This document shows, piece by piece, positions 1-12,519 of a DNA stretch of 64,000 bases. Source of the stretch: Blastocystis sp. Blastoise (taxonomy: Eukaryota; Protista; Bigyra: Opalinata); the NCBI GenBank assembly GCA_039096225.1, contig JBBPEB010000017.1:62001-126000 (forward strand), read 5' to 3'. The notes beneath the pieces were generated by a model that ran no database searches, had not been told where the DNA came from, and saw only the letters and a program-made list of their open reading frames with translations. The translations under genes were made by a program, and so were the position numbers. Position 1 is the stretch's first letter. Each line of letters opens with the position of its first letter.

Positions 1-1423
1 AAAATTATTTTTAGTATCACTCAGTAAGTATAAGTCTTTTAAAAAATAAATATAGGTTACAATACAGACTTATAGAGAAGACTCTGAAACTTCTATTTCC
101 AGAATAAAAGTCATTTATATAATCCAGAATGATTGCCTGAATCATTATTTAAAGAATCAGTTTTATCACATATCTTCAATAAAATTATAAAATAAAGAAA
201 ATGAAGATAAAAAGGTCTAGAGTCGAAAAATGTTATGAAATATTATCTTTTTAATGTATTTGTCCCGATTTTTTATTAATCTGTTATCATAATATGACAA
301 AGAGAGTGGTAAAAACATTTTAAAAGTGAATTAAAGCAATAATTGGAATCAAGTTAAAGTCTTCTAATACCTTTAAATAGACTTGAAATACATAGAGTAA
401 GCATTTTTTCATGCAAATAGTGTTTTTCATTTAAATAATATCAAAAACAAATCAAAATAGTATTTTATAATTACTCAGCAAGAACTTTTTCTAGTATTCA
501 AGGACTTACTATTATCAAATATACGTATAAACAAACAAAAATCATATTTTATATATTTTTAGTTGAATAGTCGGAGTCGTGTTGATAGTTTATTATAAAA
601 CAAATGCAAAAATCACTTTTTTGTCAAAAAAAGTCTTATATCGATATATAGTTTTATTCATAATTTATTTATTGTCTACAAACTCTGTGTATTCATTTTA
701 AGTGATTTTTAGTAAAACTAAAATTATTTGAAATACATATTCTAATTTCGAAAATGACAAAAACATATTATATTACATATTTAGTGTTTAAATGAAGTTT
801 AAAAGTTATTAAAATATCAATTAGTTAAAAAATATAAAATATTGAGAATCTCCATTTTTATGACTTGTCTTAAATCACGTTAAAGGTGTATAATTGAATA
901 GTTGCATTGATTATTTGTATGATTCTAGTAATATTTTCTAAGAATTTTGTTTTTTAACAAGAATAAATTCTTAATTTATTGTTTATCAACTTAAAAATGT
1001 ATTTAAATGATTATTTTCTTGTGTAAAAGGGTATAGTGGTTATATGAAAAAAAAATTACGCAGAATCATTTGATAATATAATTTTGAAAAATGATAATTA
1101 TTATTTTGAACTAAACTAATTTTTCACATATACTCATTATAAAACGACTTGAATAATCTTTTGAGAAGATTATTTTGTTTTATAATACACTTAAGAAGTA
1201 ATTGAATGTTATTGTGTCTCTTTTTGTTAAAAAGATTATTTTGAATGCTATTTTTGATTGATCTATATATTATCAATGCATTCAATGATGAAATAAATAC
1301 ATATGTAAAGAAAAAATAGTAATTGATCTAATTTATCTTCATCTATTTGAATAGATAATTTTTGAAAAAATTAATATAATATAATTATTGATACCTATAT
1401 ATAAAGAATTAGTTATGTAATTG

Positions 1424-1492
1424 ACCTTAAGACAGGAATTGAACCTGTTTTCTATCATAAACTGATAGATACTTACCAATATAAGCTTAAGG
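1424..1492 (-). ncRNA. tRNA-like cloverleaf (69 nt), probably not a decoding tRNA
   Basis: Minus strand reads CCTTAAG CTTAT-ATTG-GTAAG TAT CTATC-AGTTTAT-GATAG AAA ACAGG-TTCAATT-CCTGT CTTAAGG T. It has a perfect 7-bp acceptor stem, a 5-bp T stem with a TTCAATT loop (B-box-like GGTTCAATTCC), a D-like arm with GG, and a 5-bp anticodon-like stem. It lacks the U8/N9 linker and U33. Confidence 0.65.
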
Positions 1493-3234
1493 ATAATATA
1501 GAATAAAAATACATAAATGAAAGTAAAATAGTAGGAATAATGAGTCAGTATGATGTGTAAGGATATATTTATATATGTATAAGTGAAAAAGGATGCTAGA
1601 AGAAGGGAAAAGAAGTAAAAAAGAATAAAAGAGAAAGAAATATAAAGTAAATGAGATAGGGTCTTTAATTATTGAGATTAATAAAAAAAATGAAAAATAA
1701 TTTATAATAAATGACAAAGATAGATATATAGAGATCTATAATAATAAGGAATGCAGAAGAGAAGAGGATTAGAGGATAAAGAATAAGAAGAAGATAAGGA
1801 AGATAAGGAAGAAGATAAGGAAGATAAGGAAGAATAAGAAGAAGATAAGGAAGAAGATAAGGAAGATAAGGAAGAATAAGAAGAAGATAAGGAAGAATAA
1901 GAAGAAGAAAAGAAGAATAGGAAGAAGATAAGGAAGATAAGGAAGAAGAAGAAAAGAAGAATAGGAAGAAGATAAGGAAGAAGAAGAAGAATAGGAAGAA
2001 GAATAAGAAGATAAGGAAGAATAAGAAGAATAAGAAGATAAGGAAGATAAGGAAGAAGAAGAAGAAGATAAGGAAGAAGAAGAAAAGAAGAATAGGAAGA
2101 AGAAAAAGAAAAGAAGAATAGGAAGAAGATAAGGAAGAAGAAGAAGAATAGGAAGAAGAATAAGAAGATAAGGAAGATAAGGAAGAATAAGAAGAAGATA
2201 AGGAAGAAGAAGAAAAGAAGAATAGGAAGAAGATAAGGAAGAAGAAGAAGAATAGGAAGAAGAATAAGAAGATAAGGAAGATAAGGAAGAATAAGAAGAA
2301 GGAAATGAATAATGACAACAAGAAGATGAAGAATAAATAGAATAATGATAAGAAAGAATAAATAGATTAATAAGAGAACAAGAGGATGAATGTGAAGAAG
2401 AGACAAGGAAGGAGGTGAAAAAAAGAAAGAAAAGTAAGATAAAGAATAGGAAGAAGATATACAAGAAAATGAAGAAGAAGAGAAAGAAAAGAAAAGAAGA
2501 ATAAACAAGAAACATATATAGAGAAACAGAAAGATATAAAGAAATAAAAGAGATAGATAGATAGATAGATAGATAGAGAGAAAAAAAATACAAAGATATA
2601 AATAGATAGATACACTAATAGATGAATAGAAAGAAAGAAGAAAAGAGAGACATAAAGAAGAAATTAGATAGAAAGAGATAGAATTCTATATAGAATGAGA
2701 GATATACAAAAGAAATCAAATGAAATAGAGAATAAGATAAAAATAGATACAAGAATAAAGATAAAAAGAGAAATAGAGGAGTAGGGAAGGTGTATAAAAA
2801 AGAAAGAATATAAAGATAGGTAGAGAGGAATTGAGAAGGATAGAGAAGGAGGAGGAAAACAGATAGAATTGGAAGACGAAGAAAAGAAGATGAGACGAAG
2901 AAGGGAGAAAAAAGGAGCAGGAAGTGAATATCAAGAAAGATAAATTTATATAGAAAAAAATTAGAAAGAAAAATACATACAAAGAAAACGATAGGGAATG
3001 ATAGAGAGAATTATAATTTGAATGACATAGAGAGAAGGAGAGACAAAGCAAGATAAAGAAGTATAATAGAAAAAACAAAGAAGAAAAAAAGAAGAATAAA
3101 AAAAGAAAAGATAGAACAATAGTATATGAGAGAAGAAAGAGACAGAAAGAAAACGGGAAATAGGGTAGAGACATAGAAGGTAATAAAATATATAGAAGGG
3201 GAGAGGGGATTGAGATAAATAAATAGATAGATAT

Positions 3235-3307
<73 letters not shown>

Positions 3308-5520
3308 GATAGAAGAATACCGAAAGATATAGAGAAGGAGATAAATATTAATAAAAAGGAAAATATGGATAGAGAGGAGATAGAATCAAACAGAGAAGGA
3401 GAAGTAGATAAAAGTCGATTGAGGGAAGAGAGAAGTAGATTAAAATAAAAACAAATAGCAAGAGTTAAAAGGAAGAAGGGAAGAATATAGAATGATTTGA
3501 AGAATGAGATGTATATAGAAGTGAATAGAAGGAAATAGAGAAGGAGAAGTAGATAGAAAAGATTAAAAATAGAAGGAGATAGAAAGATAAGAGAATGATA
3601 TAGATACAATAGAATGAGATAGAGAAGATAAAGTAGATAGAAATGGATAGAAATAAGAAAAATAAATAGGATAAGAGAGAAAGAGAGATAAAAGGATATA
3701 AAAGGATATAGAAGGAGAGAAAACGGATTGAGATGTAGTAAGATGGAAGGATGTAGATGGAAATAGAGAAGTAGATAGAAGATGATGGAGAATAAAGAGG
3801 AGATAGAAGAGGAGATAGAAGGAGAAAAAGAAGAAGAGGAAGTAAATTAAGTTAGAAGGAGATATAATAAGATAGAGAAGTAGATATACGTAGATATAAG
3901 GAAATATACGAAGATATAAGTAGATAAGAGAAAATAGAAGGAAATAGAGAATGAGATTGAGACACATAAATGAGGTAGAATGAGATAGATAAGGATAGAG
4001 AAATATGAAGAGAAATATAGGAATACAGAGAGATAGAATGATGTTGAAAGAGAAAGAAAAGGAAAGACTGAAGATTGAGACAGAAGGAGTAGCTGAGATA
4101 AAAGGAAGATAGAGAAGGAAATTGAAAGATGAAGGAAGAAGGAGAGAAGATGAAAGAAGAAGAATATAGAAGAAGATAGAGAATGAGATAATAGGGATAG
4201 AAAGAGAAAAATAGGAAAAAAGATGGTTAGAAGAAAATAGAAAAGGAGAAAGAAGGAGAGATAGAAGGAGAAATAGAAGGATATAAAAGAGATTAAGAAA
4301 GAAGTTAGAGACAAGAAGATATAGATATATAGAAAGAAATAAAAGGATTAAATAGAAGATTAAGATAGAAGAAAAGAGACAAAATAGAAGTAGATATAAC
4401 AATATAGAGAATGAAAGGATAGAAATAAAAATAGAAAATAGATAACTAGAACATAAGAATATATAATAATAGAGAGAAGGAGAGAGAGAAAAAAAAGTAG
4501 ATATAAAGTGGAAAAGGAGACATAGAAGGAAATATAAAAGGAAACAAGAAGGTAGAAAGAGACATATAAGATAAAATAGACAGGGACAGAGAGAAATAAA
4601 TGGAAAAAGAATAAGGATAAAGATGGATACGAGAATAGAGAGGGAGAGAAGGAAGATTGAGATAGAATTATACAGAAAGAGGAGAGAAGGAAGATAAAGA
4701 AGGAAAATAGGGCAGTAAAAAAAAGGGAATCAGAAGGAGGAGAGAAGAAGTATGAGAAGAATAGAAAGAAGGAAGAGGAGGAAGGCAAATAATAGAAGAG
4801 AACTATATATATAATAAATAGTGATATAAATATAAATAAGAAGATGAAGATCTGAAAAAAGCAAAGAATTATATGGAGAAGAAGAAGAAGAAGAAGAGGA
4901 AGAGGAAGAAAAGGAGGGTATACACTAATACATGTCGAGGAAAAAGAAGTATAGAATAAGGAGAAGAGGATAACAGGATAAAAGAAAAAGACATAACGAA
5001 ATACAATGTAAATAGAATAGTGATTAAGAAAGAGTAATGAAAGAGTGATATAAAAGGGAAGCGAAGATAAGAGAGAGGTATAATTAAAAAAAAGAAAAAT
5101 AAAGGAATTTAGATAGAAGAAAAAATAAAAGAAAAATGAAGATCTGAGGAAGATAATGAATCAAAGGGAGAGACAAGGATATAGGCTGGAGACAAGGCAT
5201 AGGAAGAAGTAATAAAGAAAGAAGATGAAGAAATAAGGAGATAAAAGTGTAGAAGGAAGAAAATGAAGAAGAGAGAAGAAGGAATCATTTTGTGTAAGAA
5301 GAAGAAATAAAGAAGAACTAGATAATAAATAAATAAATAAATAAATAAATAAACATACCTAATAGAAAAAAATGAATTTGGTGATGTTGAGTCATAGGGA
5401 AAGATAACCAACAGAAACAGTAGAAAACAACCTAAATAAATAAATAATAATAAATAAAAATATAAAAATAATGAAAATAAATAATAAAATGAATTAGATT
5501 CTAATTTAAGAAAAAACAAA
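1493..5520. repeat. 4-kb purine/pyrimidine-asymmetric low-complexity tract (A/G-rich on +, T/C-rich on -)
   Basis: The + strand is almost devoid of C. The core at about 1780-2300 is built from GAAGATAAG, GAAGAATAA and GAAGAATAG units in higher-order repeats. The overlapping minus-strand ORFs are compositional (F/L/S/Y/I dominated). Confidence 0.85.
3236..3306 (+). repeat. (GATA)n microsatellite
   Basis: Perfect AGAT tetranucleotide run; a shorter one lies at about 2552-2575. Confidence 0.9.
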
Positions 5521-6928
5521 AAGAAAGCTAATAATAGATAGAATGAATATACGATAAGTACTCTATTATATAATACTTAAAAATATAACAAAGAAAAAAA
5601 TTAGAGATAATTATAAAAATAAATAAATACATATATACTTTGAAAGTAGTTTGACATCATAGACGTTGTTGACATGGACTGAAGAGGACTCTTATAACCA
5701 TGGACGAGCAGGAACCTATACATGCTAGAGAATGGGAGAATGTTAATATTGATAAAGAATAAAAAATAGTAATATACATACAAGAGAATAATCTGAAGTT
5801 AAAATCAACTTCTATTTTTTAAAATAACAGCTAATAAAAATAAAATAAAAATAAAGAAAATAAGTAACAAATGAAAATATTTTCTAAGTTAATAGGCTCA
5901 ATAGCGTATGGGTGTATTCAGGTCTTAAAAGAAAAATCATTTTTGCGGGAATATCAAGAAACTCAAAAAAAGTATTTTTTCCCTCCTTTTTTCACTGTCA
6001 CTTTTCTTTAATATTTTTGACTTTTTAGTATTAAAAACGATTCTTACAGGCATGTATAGAGACTCTATACCACTTTTGAGACTAAAAATCAAATATTTAA
6101 AAATGAGTGAAAATCTTGACTAGCAAGAAAAACAATTATGTGAAGCTGAGTATGTTGTGTATACACATATCTAACAACAGAGATGATAAAAACACACAAC
6201 TCCTCTTGGTTTAGGACATAATTATGAATTCTCTCAAAAAAGCTATTTTAAACCTTAAAACGATACCCTGAACTATAAATCAAGTCCTGAATGATATTCT
6301 AAAGTCATATTTTTAAAAACAGGTTTAATGACGATAATCAATAAACAAAAACAAGAGCTTCCGTTTTACTTTTCTTTTTTGAATTTTTAATTGTTTTGAC
6401 TTTCTAGGGTAGTTGGCTGAAAGAAATGTTGTCGTCTTTAGGCTAAAAAATGATGAATAAAAAAGTCAAGTCATTTTATTGTTTTTTCCTTGGGAAATAA
6501 AAAAGAAGAAATTTTTAGGTGTGTTTTGGTTTAGGCTGTATAATGGTTTTTATTGTAAAAGGACTTGACGAGAATGATTGAAATGATAATACATCACTCA
6601 GAGAACACACAACTTTAAAAAATTTGTCACTCATGTAATCCATTCCTGAATTATAGACTTCAGAGAAAAAATTAAAGTCTTTTTGGTTTTAAACAGTCAT
6701 TTTAAATCATAAAACACTGTAAAATAGTCAATATTTAGAATGTCTATGATTATATAAATAAACAATATATTTTGTAGAGTTATTTTTAAGTTTTTCTCGT
6801 CAAAAAGAGAGAAACTTGACAAGTTGGCGGACACTCTTTTCTCGAGTTTAGGCCAACGTATTTTTGATTAAAAAATCCCAGTCATTTTGTTGTTTCTCTT
6901 ACGGGAAATAGGGTCAAAAAAACACAAA

Positions 6929-9900
6929 ATGTCCATAGTGTCCGTTATGGATCCAGTAACTCCCCAGTCAAGAGAAGGAACACAATTAATCACGAATGAA
7001 CCTCTGAATTCTTTATATTCTATTTCTCCATCTCATTCTCTATTAATAGAAAATTCTGTTCCATCTTTGAATTTATCTCATAATTTCTCTTTATTCCCCA
7101 CTACTTCTACAACAAATACTATTCCGGATATTATTAATACTATTCCGGATACTATAAATACTATTCCTTCTTCTGCTACTTTAACTCCTATTAGTGATAT
7201 TAATGATATTAGTGATATTAATAATATTAATGGTATTAGTGATATTAATGCTATGAATCCTATGACTGCTATGAATTATATGACTGCTATCAATCCTGCT
7301 TCTCTTCCTTCATCAACACAGCCTATTTCAAAGGATTCTTTATCTTTACCCAAAGATATATCACAGATTAATAAGATATCCACAGCTAATCAAGATTCTC
7401 TATATGATAATACTTCGTATATAACACATCAAGAGCCATTATATATAAATAATAATACTCATGCTGATACTATATATAACAATACTTCATTCACTCAAAA
7501 TCAATCAACAATGAATCCTTATTTAAGTATAAATAATAACTATAATAATAGTAGTAATGATATTAGTATGATGAATAACTATAATACTAATGATAATATG
7601 ATGAATAATTATGATAATAAGAGTTATAATACTAATAATTATAATAATAATAATGTATCATCAATTAGTAATAATAATATAAAAACTAATGAAGATTCGA
7701 ATCGAAATGAAATAAAGGAGAATTCGACACATCCTGAAACACAATTGACGCATTATTCATCATCATTTAATTTACCAAAATCTACTCATTCTACATCGAA
7801 TCCGTTTATTCCCGCGAGAATTCCTAAACGAAGAAGTTCTAGACCTCGTTATAATCCTTTTATAAATAATAAAGATAATAATAATAATAATAATAATAAA
7901 GAGAATAATAAAGAGAATAATAAAGAGAATAATAAAGAGAATAATAAAGAGAATAATAATAATTTGGTTAATAATAATAATTTGGTTAATAATAATAATT
8001 TGGTTAATAATAATTTGGTTAATAATAGTAATAATAATAATAATAATAAAGAGAATAAAAATCTTAATAATAGCCAGTCTTTAAGTCATATAAAATGTTA
8101 TAAGCCCAAACATATTGAAAGAAATCCACAAATAATAAATAATTCAAATAATGTATTACCTCAAAATACACTCTCTAAAGATACTGGAGCCGTTTCAAAA
8201 TCAAATAGAAATAGAAATTCTTGGGTAAAAAATAGTATTCCTAATATCGGTTCTCCAGTTTCTACTACAAAAGAAACTCAATTATTATCTTCAAATTTAT
8301 TAGAATCAAATAGAATATCTGCTAATAATAATGCAAGTAATAATAATATGAATAAGAATAATGTGAATTTTACTACTACTACCACTAATAATAATAATAA
8401 TGTTATGAATTCTACAATTTCGAATTCTAAGAACTCATCTCTTTATTCTGTTCAAAGCAATCAAAATCATTCACCATCATTCTTATTATCAAAGACTGTT
8501 TTAGGTACAAATAAGTCTACTAAAGAAATATTTAATCAACAAGTATGTAATAAACAAAACATACCTATAAATCATTCATATTCTAATAAAATCAATACTT
8601 CTCCTTCTCCTTCTCCTGTCTTACCTTTAGAACTTTATACTAGTGTTTCTTCTTCAAATAGTATTTCTACCAATGATAATATTAATAATAATAAGAGTAC
8701 AAATACTATTATTAATACTAATAAAAATATACTTTCTTCTCTTTCAAATAATAATCTGAATATGAAAAACTCATTTAATAATAATAATATTAATAATAAT
8801 AATATTAACAAGAACTATGTGAATACTAGAAATGATAATCATTATTCAAAAGAATTTTCTTTATCAAGAACTCAAAACACATCTATTCCTATATCTACTC
8901 AAACAGATTTACAGATGGTCAAATCTCCATCTTTTTCTTATTCTAAAGAACATTCTTTACCTTCAAATTATCAACAAATTACTAATCCAGAAGATGTTCT
9001 AAAACAATGCTCTGAACGACTATTTCAATATTCACAACAAATAGAACTCGAGAAGAAGAATATAAATAATAATATTAATAATAATAATGTTAATAATAAT
9101 ATTAAAAGTAATAATGTTAATAATAATAATACAACCCGTATTAATACTACTTCTATTCCTCCTTCTCCTTTTCCTTTTATTCATAAACACTCTAAGGGTT
9201 CTTCATCTTATTCTTCATCTCCTTCTCTTAGTAATACACCTATCAATACTTATAAACAATCTATAATCAAACATAGTAATAATAATAATATCTCAGATAA
9301 TGATAAAATGAGTTATTCTCTTTCACATAAGTCAAAAGATTCTGTACATTCAAATCGATATATACACTCTCATAAGAAGTCAAAGGCTAATTTAATAAGC
9401 AAATCTCCTATTCTTTCTTCTTCTCTTCCTTTTCAAATATCGAAACAGAATATCAATCAATATAATGAAGAAAAACAATCTATACTTATGAAGAATAATA
9501 GTAGTACTGTTGTAAATAATAATAATAGTAATAATACCATTAATAATGCTATTAATAATACTAATAATAATGCTATTAATAATACTATTAATAATAATAG
9601 TAATAATACTATTAATAATAATAATAATATTAATACTTCTTCGAATAACAAGATGACTCTTGCATCTCCTTCTTTTCCTCCTGTTTCTATATCAATAACT
9701 AGTCTACCTATTAAGAATAATAGTAATAAAATGAATATTACTACTACAAATAATAATAATAATAATAATAATGCTATTTCATCTCAATTAAAGAAAAAAC
9801 CAAAATTATTGATAAAAAAAGTAGATTTTCGTTCGGATATTAAGTTTTCAAAACATTTACCTTTACTGTCATCCCATCATTCTTCTAAAACTATAAATAA

Positions 9901-12488
9901 GACAAATAGTATTAATACTAATAATAATAAGTACAATAATAGTAAATGTAATGATCAAACAAAGTCACAACGAGTGACAAATAATTCAAATGATAATAGA
10001 AAATATAATAATACTCATATTAAACATTCTATTATACGTCCACATCCAAGTGCCTATTCTTCTATAGTAACTGGTGATATTACTACTATAAATAATAATA
10101 ATAATAATATCTCTAATAATAATAATATCTCTAATAATAATAATATCTCTAATAATAATAATATCTCTAATAATAATAATATCTCTAATAATAATAATAT
10201 CTCTAATAATAATAATAATATACAATCTCCTAATATTGATATTACTAGAAATTCAGCTTCTTATACGTCTCCATGTATTCAAGATATTTTATCTGATTCT
10301 ATTATTTCATCAAATACTACCAATTCTTTATTACATAATAATAGGAATAGTATTAAACAATATAATCAAACTAATCAATCTATTATTTCTTCTTCTTCTT
10401 CTTCTCTTGCTTGTGTTCCTTATAAAACTACACAAAGATATACATATAAAGATAATTCGTCTTCTCCTTCTCCTCCTCATAATCTCTATTTAAATAGTAA
10501 TATACATGAAAATATAGATAATATAGTGATGAATAATAATAATAGAAATATGAATAATAATAAAAATAATAATATTACTGAAAATATGAATATTTCTTCT
10601 TCTACTTCGTCTATGGATACTTTCATTGCTCCATGTCCTATTATAAAGTATAAGAATCAGAATAATAATATATCTACTTCAATCATTTCTCACAATCAAT
10701 CTCCTTCTCCTCCTCTTCTTCCAAAGGCTTCTATTAATAGTACTACTACTGTAATTATACCAAATAATAATAAAAATATTATCATAAATAGTAAAAACAA
10801 TAAGAATTATAAGAATATGAATAATAATAAATATACTACTAAGTATAAAAATACATATGTACCGGAATCTCCTCGTTTCCCAAGGGAATTAAATGAATTG
10901 ATTCAATCACAATCTATACCCATAAAACGTTCCTCATCATTTTCTTCTTCACACAGTGATAATTATATGAATAATAATAATAATAAAAAGAATAATTCTA
11001 TGAATAATAATAATGTAAATAATAATATATATAAATCAAAACGTATTTCCCAAGTATTTATTCAAGAATCCCCGTGTTTATCTCCTTCTATGATTCAACA
11101 TTATTTTGGTAATTCTTCTCTTGAAGCAACTTCTACAAGTTCTTCTTATTTAAACTCACCCTCTCTATATACTTATCAGACGATCTCTCCTTCTCCTCCT
11201 CCTCTATACTTATCAGATAATAATAATGTTAATAATAATAATAATATTAATAATAAAAATATTAATAATAATAATAATATTAATAATGTTAATAATAATA
11301 ATAATAATACATCTAAAACGATTGAAAAAGAATTAATTGCAAAGAAGAATAATATATATGACATACGTTCGAATAATACTACATTATCTGATGATATAAA
11401 TAATTATAAAAATAAACAATCAAATATATTACTTGGTACTTCTTCTTCATCTCCTTCTTTTCCTGTTACAAATATACATACTTCTCAAAATAATAATAAT
11501 ACAATGAACAAAAACACTATATCTTCTTCTCCTTCTCCTTCTCCTTCTCCTTCACCTACGCCTTTAATTGATCAAAATATACTTGTAGACAATACTCATT
11601 CTCAATCTATATATACACAGAATCAACAGTACTCAGTAGTTAAGCCACAACCTAATATTTTAAATGATAAAAAGAAGAATAACTTAATAATATCTGAATC
11701 TCAATCTCAACAATTTATATCTCCTGTACCCCAATCTCCAAATCCACGAGGGAATTTATCTACACAATTACATTATAAACATAATTATTCCAATATTTCT
11801 ACTATCAAGGCATCTCCTCAACCTCCTTCTTATCCTAAGTCAAAAACAACATTATTATCTCTTTCAATAGCAACACCCTCAATACCAAAGCCACCAGCGT
11901 TTCTACTTGAGGCACCTTCTCTCAATCTTAATATGACTAAAAAGAGAAGAAATTATGTATCTTTTATACATAATAATAATAATATGAATAATAATATGAA
12001 TAATAATAATATGAATAATATGAATAATAATAATAATATGAATAACAATAATAATAATAATAATAATAGTAATATGAATAATAATAATAATTTGTTAAAT
12101 TTAACTAACAAAGCATCAATAACACATCAAAATTATTCAAATAATAATATTTCACAAACATCAAAATCATCAATACAAATGGAGAATTCACAAACAATCA
12201 ATCAATCATCTTTTCTACAACAAAATAATATGCAGTATGTGAATGCAATTAATATACCTTCAACGATATCTAATAATTCGACTACATTTCAATCTCCTTC
12301 TCCTCCTAATTTTTATACTTTATCTCCTTCTTCAACTAAATCAAAGATTCCCACGGTTATTGATGGAGCACAAGTGACGTCTCTTTCTGCAACAACCGTG
12401 ACGACTCCCTCGTCATTATCATCCGCATTCTCAGTAAAGAACACCAATAATAATAATAATAATAATAATAATATTAATAATAATAATA

Positions 12489-12519
<31 letters not shown>

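Larger units (their letters stand above)
1493..5830 (-). ncRNA. Putative spliced long non-coding (or small-ORF) transcript ending at the tRNA-like element
   Basis: Genome-typical GT..AG intron candidates on the minus strand at 5781-5716 (GTATGT..TATAG), 5638-5563 (GTATAT..AATAG), 5552-5528 (GTATAT..TTAG) and 5358-5318 (GTATGT..CTAG). They bound a 77-nt and a 10-nt exon. No convincing protein results from splicing. Confidence 0.35.

Noticed and set aside
1-1400. Possible exon fragments near the window start
   Set aside because: Only short open stretches with no recognisable homology or consistent splice model.
1500-5300. Plus-strand E/K/R-rich protein read through reassigned TAA/TAG codons
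   Set aside because: Stops including TGA occur in the frames examined, no single frame is favoured, and conserved genes in the window end in TAA, TAG and TGA normally.
1487-5519. Many long overlapping minus-strand ORFs rich in F/L/S/Y/I
   Set aside because: All three frames are open because the strand is poor in G and A; this is a compositional artefact with no domain signal.
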